Shown: in pieces, positions 1-12,900 of the stretch
How positions within the stretch are numbered: position 1 is the first letter of the stretch
Layout of the letters: every line of letters starts with the position of its first letter
Source of the DNA: Caecitellus pseudoparvulus
Taxonomy: Eukaryota; Protista; Bigyra: Bicosoecida
Direction of reading: 5' to 3'
DNA length: 64,000 nt
Assembly: GCA_965644315.1 (NCBI GenBank)
Contig: CBFFRQ010000080.1
Coordinates: 186,001-250,000 of the forward strand
Translations under genes and position numbers: made by a program
Notes under the pieces: generated by a model
Seen by the model: the letters and a program-made list of their open reading frames with translations, nothing else
The model's database searches: none
What the model was told of the DNA's origin: nothing

Positions 1-3000
1 CTCCCCGTTCCAGCCCGCCTGCGCCACCGCCTGCACTTCAGCTGCCAAGTCTGCCTCGAGGGACTTATCCGTGTCCACGGGCTTGCCCCGGGCCACGGAG
101 AGTGAACGGCGTGCCGCCAGCACCGTGCGCATGGAGCTGCGCAGCAACTCTTGAGCCTTGGCTGCCCGGGCCTCCTCCCACAGCTCCCCTGCGCGCTGCC
201 TGTCCAGGACTGCCGAGTTGAACGCATGCAGACCCTCGAAGAGCTCCTTCAGCGTGCGCAAGGCAGGCGTGTCAGGCAGGTCCGCTGCGTCCCATCCCAG
301 AGCCGTGCCAAGGGCGCCACTCAGGCGAGGAGCAGTGCCCATGCGCTGCAGGCGCTTCCGGAAGTCGTCCCCCATCCCGCCCAGCGCACTCTCTGCGCGG
401 CCCCTGGCGCCCCGGCGGGGCGGCGTGTCCGGCCTGCCGGGCGCTGCTTCAGGCACGACGATAGAGACGGACCGCTTGCTTCCCTCTGTGGAAGGGGCCG
501 TGTCCACCGCAGACCTTACCGCTCGGCGGGCGGGTGGGAGGGCCGGGGGTCCTCGGGAAGCCGCTTGGCTGGCTTCACCCAGCGTGCTCTCCCTGCCATG
601 GCGGTCTGTGTGCGTGCCCTGGACAAAATCGAAGAAACTCTGGCGCTTGCTGCGCCCTGGACGGGCACCGGCACTCCCGGCAGGAGCTGCGGGCTGCGCT
701 GAAGGCAACCCTGCGCTCAGCTTGGAGCGCCGGCGGCGTTTTGGAAACAGTCCAGAAGACCGCTCGTGGTCTGAGAGTGGGGGTGCAAGGGGGGGCTGTG
801 GAGTGGGTGGCAGGGGCGCCCACTCTTGGGAATCCTTTGCACGGAGACCGCTGTCCCACCAGTCTTGAACATGTTCCTGGCCTCCTTTCTTTGGCTGCTG
901 TGCGGCAGCAGTGTCCTGTGCCGCAGGAGAGGGCTCAGTGCCGGAGTCCGGGGAGGAGTCAGCATCCCCTCCGCCCATCCACGCCGGCAACATGGACTGC
1001 AGGATGCTTTTGCGGGGCTTGCGTTTGGGCGGTGCTGAGGGGGGCACGCCCTGCTCACGCTTGGGTGGCGCAGACTGCGGAGCGTCACCCTTGAGTTCAG
1101 CTAGGGCCTTCTCCCGGAACACGTCAATGAAGTGGTAGTACAGCAGTTCAGTCACGGCTGCCGCTGCTGCGTTCAGCGGCGGTGGCGTGGCCATGCTGCC
1201 GATGCTGCCTGCTTGGTCAGAGGGTAACAGCGGCAAGGCCGCTGCCTGCCACTGGTGAATGAGTCGCATGGGGTGCGTTCGGGCAGCAAACGCTTCCTGG
1301 GGCACCAGCGCACAGAACTGCGCCGTGATGCGGGGAATGCTGCCTGTGCCCGCGCGCTCACGCTCCGGGAAGGCCCCCGTGAAGCTGACAGCCCGGCTCC
1401 CCTTGTGACTTGCGCCAGCACCGCCTGATGCGATGCCGCCACCCACCTCAGCAAGCGGCAATGTGAGAACGATGCCCCTATCGGCGTCTGGGCGGTTCAA
1501 CAAGGACCGAGCAAAGCTCCCTGCCAGCTTGGGGGCTTCCGTGGGGAGGCCACCTTGGCGCTTGCCTCCTTCAGACTTTCCCCTGCTGCGCTGCTCGGAT
1601 TTTGCAGCGTTCCGCGCGGCTCGTTGCTGACCCCGGCGGTGGGCTGCTAGGCGCTGCAAAATGACTTCCACCCGCACTGAAGTGCGCCCCATGAAGTCAT
1701 CTGCCATGAGGAAATCAGAGTCGTACGCTTCCATGACAATGCTGCCACCAGAACCAGAGATGCCGCTACTGCTGCCGCTACTGTGACCATTGCCGCGCCC
1801 GGCATCAGCCGCACTTGCCTTGGACAACCCTCGCAGCGGAAAGTCAAAGGTGGCCGTGTCCTCCTCCCACACGGGGTTCAAGGTACTCTTCTGCACGGGG
1901 GTCTGCCCGGCTTGGATGCCTGCGTGGAACACACGCACATACGGGTCCGATGACCCCGACAAGTCCATGGCAGGCAAGTCCCGCCCTCGCACCACCCGAA
2001 GGCGCAAACGCATGTCCGACGCTCCGCCGACAACATCCCCTTCCATACAAGCATCGCAGATGCGCTGTGCAGCCGTGGCATGCATGTACGGCAAGACTAG
2101 TCTGGACTTGCTGCACGCGTCACAGCACAAGCAGCCACACAGTCGACAATGGTGGCGGGGCAGGAGAATGCGGTTGAAGGCTGCATCGCACACGGCGCAA
2201 CTTGGCTGTGCGCGGTCGGGTATGAACACCTTCGCAGCGGCAGCCCTCACCCTCGCGGTGTACTCGGCTACACTGCGTGCAGCTTCAAGCGACAAGGCGC
2301 CACTGCCCTCCCCGCCACTCCCTGCACCTGCAAACCAAGCAGCCGCAGCGCCTGCCACCCCAGTGTCCTCCTCTTCATCGGCAGTGCTGTGAGAAAAAAG
2401 AGCCGAGGCTGCGCTGTCGCCTTCCCCTGCCAGCTGCTGCACAACGGCGCTTGTGTGAGCATCCGTGATGGTGCGTGAGAGGTCCTTCATCCAAGCACTC
2501 TTCTCCTCCGCCGACTTGGCGGCGATGACGAAGCTCTTGCTGCGTGACAGAACCATCATGGCGTGTTCTGGGGAGTACAGTGCCGTCTTGGTGCCAGGCG
2601 CGACATCCTCCACCCACGTCTCGCTCAACCGCATGATTCGGTGCACCTTGAAGGCTTTGCCTGGAACCGTCTTGACTGCATCGCTGTACATCAGTGCATC
2701 TGTCAGCAAATGCCAGGTGTATGTTTTATCTGTGCGCCGACACACCTTCACCAGCTGCCCTTCCCGCACGAGGCGGCGGCCAGGGACAGCCAGGGGGATG
2801 CGCTCCCCCACGAATGCGTCCGCGAGGTCTGAAAGCTCTTTCCGTGCCAGGCGCCTGGAAATCGCGCGGTTCATGCGCCTGGCGGCGTTGTCGGCCAGGG
2901 CGAGAGCGGCCGGAAGGCCCTCCTCCACTTCCTCAGCCAAGTCGAGGAGAGCTTGGTTGAAGGCTTGCTGAGACAAGTGCAGGACACAGCATGGGCCATG

Positions 3001-3936
3001 GGGCGATGGGGGGGCGGGGGCGCCTGGGATGTGTGCCTGCGCCGCCTGTGCATCTTCCGCCTCCAAGGCAGCCTGTGCTGGGTGCAGCGAGTCCACGCTG
3101 CCCAGCCTCCGCAGCACTTCCATGCCTTCCAGCGCCACCACCGACGCAGACAAAACCTCTCCCAGCAGCATGCGGTAGCGGGGGATGCGCTGCACGGGCA
3201 TGATGAGGAAGGAGCCCAGGTCTTGTCCTCGGCACTCGGGCTTGGCTGCGAGTTGCGCGAGGGACTTTGCCTCCTCGCTACCCTCCAGCGCCAGAGCCTC
3301 CACTAGCGGGCTGGCACTTTCGTGGAGGTCTGCGTAGGACCCATACAGGGAGAACAACTCAGCTTGGCCAGACATGAGCCGCCCCAGGCGCACAAACGGC
3401 ATCGGCTTGGGCGGCGGCGCTTGGCTGTCCGGCGGAGGCACTGAGTCCCCCACCTCGCTGCGGTCGTAGTCAGGGTTCAGCAGGACCTGCAACCTGTGTA
3501 AGAGCTGTTTGTTCCAGTCCAGGATGCTGTCCAAACTGCTGAACAGCACGGCAGCGCTCTTGTCGCCGCGCAGACGCTTTGCCCAAGACTCAGGCGACTC
3601 TCGCGCAGAGTGGCCGTAGATGCGCTGGAAGACGCTCAGCCAGTACACATACTGGTGCTCCGATGTGAGCACTTCGCGCATGATGTGCTGCCGCTTGAGC
3701 AGGGCCTTGCGCACCCGCTTCACCGACTCCAGCGCCTGTTGCTGCTCATCGGTCAAGGGGACTGGCAGCGTTGCCGCGCCTGCAGCAGTCGCAACGCCAC
3801 TAACTTCGGAGGCTTGGGTCGCTACGCCGGATTCCGTCGCATCTTCGGGGTCTGTGGGGGGCACTTCCTGGTCCGCCTCGGGCTTGTCTTGGCGAGTAAT
3901 GAAGGCGCTAAGCGGCTGGACTGCCTCCCCCTCCAT
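1..3936 (-). CDS. FGD-like Rho guanine-nucleotide exchange factor, DH-PH-FYVE-C2 (3' end runs off the window)
   Basis: Absent from the ORF track because it has no stop inside the window. Manual translation from ATG at 3936 stays open to base 1 (>=1312 aa). DH: KRQHIMREVLTSEHQYV...LGSFLIMPVQRIPRYRMLL. PH: RRLVREGQLVKVCRR...KSFVIAAKSAEEKSAWMKDL. FYVE: FIPD..CAVC..FNRILLPRHHCRLCG..CDACS..RICDAC. C2: VVRGRDLPAMDLSGSSDPYV..KSTLNPVWEE..YDSDFLMADDFMG. Confidence 0.9.
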   Translation of the reverse strand, partial: MEGEAVQPLSAFITRQDKPEADQEVPPTDPEDATESGVATQASEVSGVATAAGAATLPVPLTDEQQQALESVKRVRKALLKRQHIMREVLTSEHQYVYWLSVFQRIYGHSARESPESWAKRLRGDKSAAVLFSSLDSILDWNKQLLHRLQVLLNPDYDRSEVGDSVPPPDSQAPPPKPMPFVRLGRLMSGQAELFSLYGSYADLHESASPLVEALALEGSEEAKSLAQLAAKPECRGQDLGSFLIMPVQRIPRYRMLLGEVLSASVVALEGMEVLRRLGSVDSLHPAQAALEAEDAQAAQAHIPGAPAPPSPHGPCCVLHLSQQAFNQALLDLAEEVEEGLPAALALADNAARRMNRAISRRLARKELSDLADAFVGERIPLAVPGRRLVREGQLVKVCRRTDKTYTWHLLTDALMYSDAVKTVPGKAFKVHRIMRLSETWVEDVAPGTKTALYSPEHAMMVLSRSKSFVIAAKSAEEKSAWMKDLSRTITDAHTSAVVQQLAGEGDSAASALFSHSTADEEEDTGVAGAAAAWFAGAGSGGEGSGALSLEAARSVAEYTARVRAAAAKVFIPDRAQPSCAVCDAAFNRILLPRHHCRLCGCLCCDACSKSRLVLPYMHATAAQRICDACMEGDVVGGASDMRLRLRVVRGRDLPAMDLSGSSDPYVRVFHAGIQAGQTPVQKSTLNPVWEEDTATFDFPLRGLSKASAADAGRGNGHSSGSSSGISGSGGSIVMEAYDSDFLMADDFMGRTSVRVEVILQRLAAHRRGQQRAARNAAKSEQRSRGKSEGGKRQGGLPTEAPKLAGSFARSLLNRPDADRGIVLTLPLAEVGGGIASGGAGASHKGSRAVSFTGAFPERERAGTGSIPRITAQFCALVPQEAFAARTHPMRLIHQWQAAALPLLPSDQAGSIGSMATPPPLNAAAAAVTELLYYHFIDVFREKALAELKGDAPQSAPPKREQGVPPSAPPKRKPRKSILQSMLPAWMGGGDADSSPDSGTEPSPAAQDTAAAQQPKKGGQEHVQDWWDSGLRAKDSQEWAPLPPTPQPPLAPPLSDHERSSGLFPKRRRRSKLSAGLPSAQPAAPAGSAGARPGRSKRQSFFDFVQGTHTDRHGRESTLGEASQAASRGPPALPPARRAVRSAVDTAPSTEGSKRSVSIVVPEAAPGRPDTPPRRGARGRAESALGGMGDDFRKRLQRMGTAPRLSGALGTALGWDAADLPDTPALRTLKELFEGLHAFNSAVLDRQRAGELWEEARAAKAQELLRSSMRTVLAARRSLSVARGKPVDTDKSLEADLAAEVQAVAQAGWNGE

Positions 3937-4473
3937 GCCACGCCACGCCACGCGCTGCAAACGAGTTGGCCACCACGAAGAGTGTCAGCTCAAGATTTGA
4001 CCCACACCTAAGTGCTCAGAGTACACTTAAATGCTGGAAACCACCAGCAATGCAGCGTTCGTTCTCTGTTGTTCGCCACTGATGACGTTGAGAGTTGCGA
4101 GGAGCGGTCGCAGAGCGATGCAGAGGCTTGCCGATGATGCCCAGAGCTGGCTACCAACGACACACGAGGGCAAGCTTGGACAGAAGCCAGTGGAATGCGC
4201 GTGCAAAGTATCAGAACGTGTGGAATGATTCGTGTTGGGTGAAAGGGCAGAGAATCGTGAAGTCAATGAGGCGGCTTCTACCGAGCGCACTCTTGCTTTT
4301 ACTCAGTGCTTTTCTGTAAACATTGCAGGCTCACCAAACGAATATATCAGAATGCTCCCACACTTCTGTCTTTTGACGAGGAATCCTGTGACCTCGTGCC
4401 TTTCTGGTGTCCTCTCTTTCTTGGGTAGACACCTCAGTCCGCGAGTATCGGGGGGTCTCGTACAGCGCCAGAG

Positions 4474-6843
4474 ATGGAGCCAGATCAAGTGGCAGAGATG
4501 CGTGCAACTGCGAAGCTGTGTGGACAGGTGGGCCTTGTTGACTCGTCTGCTTGGTGAGTGTCTTCCTTGTCTAACTCGTTGCATCGCGCAGATCGCATCG
4601 TTTGATTGCAGGGCGCTGGAGATGGTGCTGGAGGCACCGCCAGCACTGAGCGTAACGCCAACACGTAACGCCAATGCCGCACCTGTGGAGACGTTCATTG
4701 AGGAGGCCAAGCAGGACGCCTTCCACCTGGCTGTTCTGTATGCCAGCAGAAAGGAGTTTTCCCGCGCTGCCCACGCCATCGAAGTCTGCTTCGGTCCGGA
4801 AACGAGTCTGTACAGCCCGCCTGTGCTGTTTGTGTGGGGGCAGGCGAAGGTGCAGGTGAGCTGGTGCGCTGCCGTTCGTGACGCGGCATTGGAATCACTT
4901 CACCTTGTCCTTGAACAGGCTGGTGCAGAGCATCAAAAGCTCATGAAGGACTCCGTGTCAGGTGCGTTTCTGTCACAATCCTTGGCTGGAGCTGTTCTTG
5001 CACTCACATGCCGCCTCCGCAGCACACGCTCACCATGCTCAAGGGGTGCGGAATCCAGCCCTGGACGACGTCCTGCCGGCGCTCCACGCGGCGACGGTAT
5101 CCCCAGACTGCCATCCGCTCCTGAAGTACCTGTGCGTTTCATCCCCCATGGCATTCCTGGCATGGCTGACCCTGCAGACGCGACGCTCCCGTGCAGTTTG
5201 GCCAAGGTCCATCTCGGGATGGGGCAGCGAAAACTTGCCATCGCAGCGCTAGTCGATGCTGTAAACGGTTTGCCTTGTCTCTGGGAAGCGTGGGAGGCGT
5301 TGGTGACGTTGTTGGAGAGCAAGCATGTGTCGACTGTGCAAGACTTAGCGCTTCCCGAGCACTGGGTCACGGACGTCTTTTGGTGCCAGCTGCATTTGGC
5401 AGCTCACAGGAACAAGGCTGCGCTGGAGTCCGTGTTCAAGTTACTGCAAGGCCTGCCTACGTCCCTTTTCCTCCAGAACGCGGCGGCGCAGGCGCTGTAC
5501 AACCTCCGCCGTGCGTGTGTGAAACGACATGCGGGGCCCGGGCATGCTGCGTCACGGTATCGTGTCCCTCGCAGGCTTCGAGTCCGCCCAAGAGGCGTTT
5601 GCGGCGCTGGTGCAGCGCGATCCGTATCGCCTCTCGGGCATGGACACGTACAGCAACGTGCTGTACGTGCTGGACGACCGGGCAGAGCTGAGCGCCGTGG
5701 CGCAGCGGACTGCCCTGCACTGCCCTCCCAGCCCCACCACTCATTGCATCCAAGGGAACCTACACTCCGCACGAGGCCAGCATGCCCAGGCCATCCAATG
5801 CTTCCGAGAAGCTCTGAAACTGGACCCGGAGTACCTGTCTGCATGGACGCTCATGGGCCACGAACACGTGGAGCTGCGGGAAACGTCCGAGGCCGTGGCC
5901 TGCTACCGCAGGGCTGTGGACATCGGGCCTCGAGACTTCCGGGCATGGTATGGTCTGGCGCAGACGTATGAGATGCTGGGCCTCCCCCATTTTGCTGCGT
6001 ACTACTACCAGCAGGCGGCGGCGCTGCGCCCTGGGGACCCGCGCATGTGGTGTGCCTTGGGGTACGTGTTCCAGTCCTCCAACCAGCCCGGCCCAGCTGC
6101 GAAGTGCTATGAGCGCGCACACCAGTGCAATGACAGGGAGGGCCTTGCGAGCATCCGGCTGGCACAGCTGGCACGGGAAGGTGGAGATGATGCCGGCGCG
6201 TGCAAGTACTACAAGGAGCACCTGTCGCTTCGCGAGGCGCTGGGGGTGAGTGCTGCGCCATGCTTTGTTTCTGTGCAGTTGTACATGCTCCGCGGACTTG
6301 CTTGCGCAGGATGACGTCACGCCAGAGGCTGCTGAGGCGCTGCTGTTCCTTGCATCTGCAGCGCTGCGGGAGGGCGCCCTGGAGGACGCCGAGGCGTGTG
6401 CCAAGCGCGTCCTGGAGATGCCTTTCGCACAGGAGACGGCCGAGGCAGGGGGAATCCTGCGCGATGCTGCGGCTGTGCGCCTCGCCCAAGGACAGGGTCA
6501 TGCCCCAGCGACGGCTGGCCTTGTCGGCGCACTGCACACCACGGACACGGCAACAAGCCTGTTGGGCAGCACCATGGGCAGCCAGGTTGATGATGGCCTG
6601 GATGCCACGCTCCCAAGTGCGGTGGGCTTGGGCGGAGTCGCTCAAGAGGGCGGTCTTGGCGGGTCCTTCGCAAGCAGTGCGTCGTTCCTTGGCACAGTGT
6701 CCCCGCCCAGGGTGCCTCGAGACCGGCGGCGAAGGCGCGAATCAGCAGGACAAGGAAGCCCGCTGGAGGCATCCACCATGGATGACTCGGCCATGAGCGG
6801 AAGTACCCTGTCAAGCCACAGATCGGAGCGAGGGAGAGGCTGA
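4474..6843 (+). CDS. CDC23: Anaphase-promoting complex subunit 8 (Cdc23), TPR protein, about 6 introns
   Basis: Spliced N-terminus MEPDQVAEMRATAKLCGQVGLVDSSAW/ALEM resembles the APC8 N-domain. Other motifs: LVDAVNGLPCLWEAWEAL, DPYRLSGMDTYSNVLYV, AWTLMGHEHVEL, DFRAWYGLAQTYEML, RPGDPRMWCALG. GT-AG introns near 4554, 4856, 4962, 5132, 5511 and 6246. Confidence 0.9.
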
Positions 6844-6968
6844 GGTGCCAGCCGAGCTCTTTGCTGGCATCGCGAAAGGGAAGTGTGAAGTGACCCGGCA
6901 AATTTCACCACGCCCGCGTAGGTTCAGATGGGCCGGGAAATGCAAGAGTCTCACGCACAGTCAGCACT

Positions 6969-9900
6969 ATGAGCAGGCAAGGTGTGGCAGGGCTGGTGCG
7001 CGGCGTGGCGGCAGCGGCCGCCGCCAGCTCCTCCTCACCATTGGCAGTCTTGCAGCACCTGCTGGCAATCGCGCCTTCCCCAACTGCTGAAGCGCCAGGG
7101 GGAGAGACAGTGCATGTAAGGCTGTCCTCCACACAACGAGAAGCAGTTTGTGCGGTTCTGGAGTACTTCCTGTCCACCTATGGCCGCAATGCTGCCAAAC
7201 TCATCCCCACGTTGTCTGCCTGGCTTGGTGCACTGCCGCACCTTAGCCCACACCGTGACAACCAGGACTACTCAGCGAGGCTGAGTAGCGGCGTCCTGGA
7301 GGCAATGCGCTCTATAAGAATGGCGACAAAGCCGTTGTCTGAGGCCTTCGTCTCAGTGCTGGAGCGGTTTTCAGTGACGCGGGGCGTCCTAGACGGTTTG
7401 GACCACTTGGCTGGCAGGCACCGGGACGCTGGCTTCAGCGTGTCTCCCCGGGGCTTGGCCCCCCTCACGTGCTTGCAGGGGCTACTCCATGCACTGGCCT
7501 GCTTCGACAAAGGACGCCTGCCCTTCTCCGCGACACAGTTGCTTCGAATCAAGGCGGTGCTGCTCTTCTTTGCCAGGCGGCTGGAAGGCATGACAACTGC
7601 TTCTGGATCGGGGGCAGTCGCCCAGCCCACTGCAGATGCCGGCCATGCGACACCAGCAGGGTTGGCCCTCCCATCAGACGCAGAAACTCAGTCAATGTCG
7701 CAGCCCTCTGCCTCTGCCTTGCGTGCGGCCCTCATCGCCTCCATTCTGCACACGCTGGCGGCGACATGCACGAACTCTGACTTTGCACCTGGAACGGCCG
7801 AGGCCGCAGGTGCAGCCAGCTCCTCGGCTCTATTGAGCCGGTCTGCGTCCACAGACACGCTGTGGGTCCGGAGTCCCCAAGCATCCAACGAGGACTCAGC
7901 AGCGAGCGGCACTGCGTCACCGCACCCAGGCGTGGAGGCGGTGGAGTCCATCACGCCCACCGAGCCCACTGTTCTTTCAGATCGTGAGCCGCAACCCCTG
8001 AGCTCGTCCCCTGAAGGCACGTCTGTCCGTCCTCCACCTGTACCTTCCCCACCCCTCTTCCCTCGGGACCGCCTGCTCAGCTCCGATGCCATCCACACAA
8101 TGTCTGCGTGGGGCGGTGCTGTGCCGGGCCTGTCTGAGCTGGGTGCTCTCGCCAAGCTGCATGCGACACCCGAGACATGGGGTGGTGGCGATTCCCCCTC
8201 TTCACCGAGTCACGTTGGCCACTCCCTTGGTGTGCTGGCAGTGGCACTTGCAGAGCGCCACGCTGCCTCTCTGCACGCTCAGGTTCGCCTGGGGGCCGTC
8301 CGGCTTTTGACCAAGGCTGCGCTGCTCCTTCCCCCCATGGCTGCTCGAGTGCACGCCCTGCTCTTGGAGGATTTGACCGTCACAGCCACTCATCCGGAGG
8401 CGGACGTGGGGCTGTTGCTCGGCCTGTCTACAGCACTAGTCCAGCTTGTGCCGTTCTACCCAACTTCCGCGGCACTCGTGGAGGCTGGCATCGCGGAGGA
8501 CTTTGATGCCGCTGCTGGAATCCTGTCCAGCCTGGCCGCAGCTGCTGCCTCGCGCCCCCTGCAGTCAGCACTGTGCGACATGCCTGTGCACCCTGAGCGT
8601 TTGCGCAGCACGCTGACGGTGTTTGGCAGCTTGTTGACCCCTGACGCAGGTGCTTTTGCCGTCCCACCAGATGGCTCCAAGCCTGCCACGGGTCCTGTCT
8701 CTGCATTTAAAAGCAGGCCAGCGATTGGCAGTGTGGGGCGCCGGCGAGGTCGCATGGGCAGGGCGTTCAAAGCCCGCCGCACCACTTCCTGGAGCAGTGG
8801 CTCAAGCGCCCGGCGCCTGGATGGCCCGGTGTCACCCGCCCTTGGACCTTCCACCCCCGCCTTTGCCTTTGAAGGTGCTAGCATACTTGGAACGGGAGAA
8901 ACCATCGGCCCAGGTGGCGTGCCGACCATGAGCGGCCACGCAAGCACCAGTTCTGGACAGACCAAAGCTTTCGACACGCTGGCTGCAGGCACCGCACCGC
9001 CCGTGCTCGTGCCGAAGCACCCTGTGCGTGAAGCTCTGCTGTCCTGCATGTGCGCGGCAGCTGGTCTGGAGGTCACCGGGCAGGGCAAGGCGGCTGCAGG
9101 TCCTGTGCTGGGCACCACTGTCGCCACCCTGTCCGCTGCAGTGTCCCTCGCCGCGATTGCCAAGTCCACGCTGAGCAAGCGCAGGGGCTTGGCACACGCT
9201 TCGCGGTCGACTGTGCGCCAGGATATCGAGAAAGGCTCTCAAGAAGGGGAAGCTGCCGCTATCTCCCTGGACACCATGCAGCAGTTGCTGCGACAAGCAC
9301 GCAACATGATGTCTGGTGCAAGGGACAAGGGTGCGTTGGGCCCAAAGCGAGTGACCCGCACGGCAACTGCATCGCACGGCACTGGTGTGCAAGGCAAGGG
9401 AAAGAAGACCGAGTCTGCAGAGAGCCAAACCTTGGCTGCCTTGCAGGCTGGCTGCGGTGCCTGGGCAAGCGCTTTTGCAGCAGCAGCTGCAGCCGTGGAG
9501 GTGGTGGGTGCCCTGATGCGCAGTCTGGACTGCAAGGCGGCCACACGCCAAGCAGGCGAGCGCCTCCTTGCCCTAATGACCTCCGAGTGCGACTCCTGTG
9601 CGGATGATCCTTACTTCTGTCGCCTCGCGACGCTGTGCCGGCCCGCAGCGCCGCAATCCTCCAGCCAGGTAGCCAGCAGCCCACAAGCTGCAGCCATGCA
9701 AGCAGCTGTGTATGCAGCTTGCAGGCGGTGGATGCAGCAGTTGCTGGCGACCTTGGTGGATGCTGCATTGCTGTCTTACAGGGTGTATGCGCCAGTTGCA
9801 GCTGCCCTTGTGGCTCGCTTCGATTCGCCACCCGGGAACGATCCCCACCGCTTGTCCCCCTGTGTCCGCGACATCCCAGCGGCACTGGCCCAGTTAGCCG

Positions 9901-12900
9901 AGGGCCTGCGCACGATCCCGTCGAAGCGCCAGCCCTTGCGCACTGACTGCCGACAGCGCCTGCTGGGTCTCGCTGCGCGTCTGGGCCGGCGAGGCATTGG
10001 CAGTGATGTGGCAAGCGTTGTGCGCCTGTTCCAACAAGGCTCCGGCAAGGGCACGGGGGATGAAGGTGGGCATGGTGATGTGGTTTTGCACCACGCGGCA
10101 AGTGCGGCTGCAGTGGCCATCTTCACGCACGCTGCAAGTGCTGAAGTCCCCCTCCACTCGCACCTGCTCTCACGCCTCCTCCCAGCCTTGGCACTGAGCA
10201 TGACTGGCTCAGGAGAAGGCGAAGGCGGTTCAGCGGATGACATGGCCCCCCCATCAAAGGCACACAGGCCTCTTTGGGAGCTCCTCACAGGCATGCGCTT
10301 TGGGGAGGGGGGTGTGTGGGGGCAAGCAGCTCTTGGGAGCATGCTAGCTCTGGCTAAGTGCACACCCCCCCTGAGCATTCGCACTGCATCTGTGTACTTG
10401 CCTGTAGAAATCGACGCCACGGCGCGGCCTTCACTGGAAGCGTTGTGTGCGGGGGAATCAGCAAGCAGCGCCGTCGTGGCTGCAATTGAGCGGCAGAGTG
10501 CCCCGCGCCCAGCGGACGCCGCCAGCTGCCGCACGACGCAGCGCTTGAGGGGCACGCTCAGTGCCGCCTTGCCTGCTGCAGGATCGGCAATCGACTCCCT
10601 ATCCCCCCCTCATGTCCTGTACATCTCAGCCGTGCTGCACTTAGAGTGCTTGCGCGCTGCAGCTTCGGGGTCAGCTTCGCACGCCTTCACCTACCTTCAC
10701 AACCCTGCATTAGCTCCGCTATCTGCAAGCGACACACCACACGCGGAGTCAGCTGGAGAGCGTGCATTCGCGGCTTCTGAACTCGCCGCTGGCGGAGGTG
10801 CCATTGGTCCTGACGCGAGCAAAGCGGCCACCTTGGGGCACTTGCGATCTTGCTTGGCGGCTGCGGCCGATGCTGCGCTGACAGTGGCTCTGCGGGCGGC
10901 CCACTCAGGTAAAATTGACGCGAAGGGGCCTGCAGTGGACATGGCTCAGTTTCTCATTGCATCTGCGGGGCACCGACAGTCCACTGTGCGAAAGCAAGCG
11001 TCCCAGGCACTATCACGAGTGACGACAGCCGTGCCGCAGCTGCTGTGGAACTCGCGCGTCCTGGAGACTCTCATGAATGCCACTGAAGCGTTGGCGGCGC
11101 GAGCAGTGCAAGGTATGCAGCCATTGCCACCTGCCGCGTCCAGGGCGGCGCCGCCGTCAGCTGCGACGACGGTGCACGATATGAGCAGCGGAGTGGCCGT
11201 GTCAGCCGGCCCAGGTGCTGGCGACGGCGTGTTGGCGTCCCCGACAGCGTTCGTTGGGCAAGGGCAACGACTTGCCATTCCTGCGGCCCCTCTCCAGGGG
11301 CAAGCAGCTCAGAGCAGCCCTGCGGGTTTGGAGGAAGTTGGCCCGTTGGTGCTGCCTGGCTGCAGGCATCACCTCGAGTGCCCGACTTCGGGCCAGGCGC
11401 TCGCGGTTGTGGCAGTGGAGGTTGCAGAGTTGACTGCCCAGTGGCTGGCTGCAGCCATTGGACATGGCTCTGGGCCCCGTGTCGTGGACTTGCTCAGCTC
11501 TCAGTTGGCGCGTTTCTCTGGCATCATGACCGCCGTGTCAAGCCTGCACTCGCCTCACCCATCCTCAGCCGGCGCAGGCTCCCCAGCATCTGCGCACACC
11601 CTCGCATATCCACCCCCCGGCGGCCTTCTCACAGCGCTCGCGGTCGCAGCACCCACTGCTGCAGCGTCTGGGCAGGCCCTCGTCTGCCCACCAACAGGGA
11701 CCTCGGGCTTGCCGGCAACCAGCGGAGTGGCTGCGGCAGCCCAGGCTGTCGTGGCGGCGCTGGGTGGAGCTGCAGGTGCGCAGGGGGATGACTCGCTGGG
11801 AGCAGCTGCGACATCGTCTGCTTGGAGTACGGCGCTAGTTGCAGCAGTGCGCTCCGACGCGCTGGCTCTGCCGGGTGCCCACCGCCCAACTCAGTTGCCC
11901 ACTGGCGGGACTGTGACGCGTCCTGCTCTAGCAGCTCTCTCAGCCCTCCTTGCCCCCTCTGCCCCGCCCGACTCAACGCACCCCTTGGCCATGGTGCCTG
12001 GCTTACTGCCGTTGGGATCTGGCCCTCCAACGGACTTTTCGTCCCCTTCAGGAGGAGCCCCCACTGTCAGCTTGCTAGCAGGTGGCTCTGGTGCCGAGAC
12101 GCTTGCCCAGTTGCAGCGGCGGTCCTATTTCTTGGGTCTCGTACAAGGCATGGCAGACCACCACGAGCGACTGCGTGCCAAGGCGGTGAGGTCCTCAGCG
12201 AAGCAATTTGCCGCACGCCTGGCTGCAGGTGCATCTCACGCCCATGCAGACTCGCCCAACCTTGGGCCTGCGCACCTCGCCATCGAGGAAGAACTGGTGG
12301 CGCAAGGAGATGCCCTGCTCACCACTGCAGCCCGCAGGTGGGCAGCTGAATCCGCAGGCCTGGCGCTGCGCGCAACATTGGAAGCTTCTGAAGCAGGGAG
12401 TGATCCTGCCGCTGCTCCCCAGCCCCGGGAGCTGGCGCGGCTTGTCAGCAGCAGGTGGGCACGCCGAGTGCGAGCCGCAGCATCCAAGCGGCCCAGTGCC
12501 GCACCACCTTCCGACGACAGCGCCTCGCGGGATGCCGATGCCCACGAGGCAGCTGAGATAGAGCGGGAGGGCGTCGCCGACTCAAGTCCCGGGCCAGCAG
12601 CGGTGCTTCGCCTGCTCCCCGCCGTCGTGCGCCTGGCGGTGGCTGGCTGGCGGTACGCAGCCAGGGCGCGCCAGCGCATGGCAAAGAACTTCGACGGGCT
12701 GGTTACGAAGCAAGTGAACATGTGCGCTGCGTACTTGGTGTGGCACCACCTAGCCTGGCAAGCTGAACACCCAGACGCCAAAGGCGACCAGGATCCACAG
12801 ACTGATGCCACCGCAGCCGCTGCTGCGTTGGCCCCCCCCAGCGCTGCTTCCACAGCCTTTGGAGTGGCGGGTCGCCTGGCGGGGGCGTCGGGGACTTCGC

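Noticed and set aside
4232-5971. 579-aa ORF treated as a single protein
   Set aside because: It reads through introns and stitches APC8 exons to out-of-frame sequence. The spliced model from ATG 4474 explains it.
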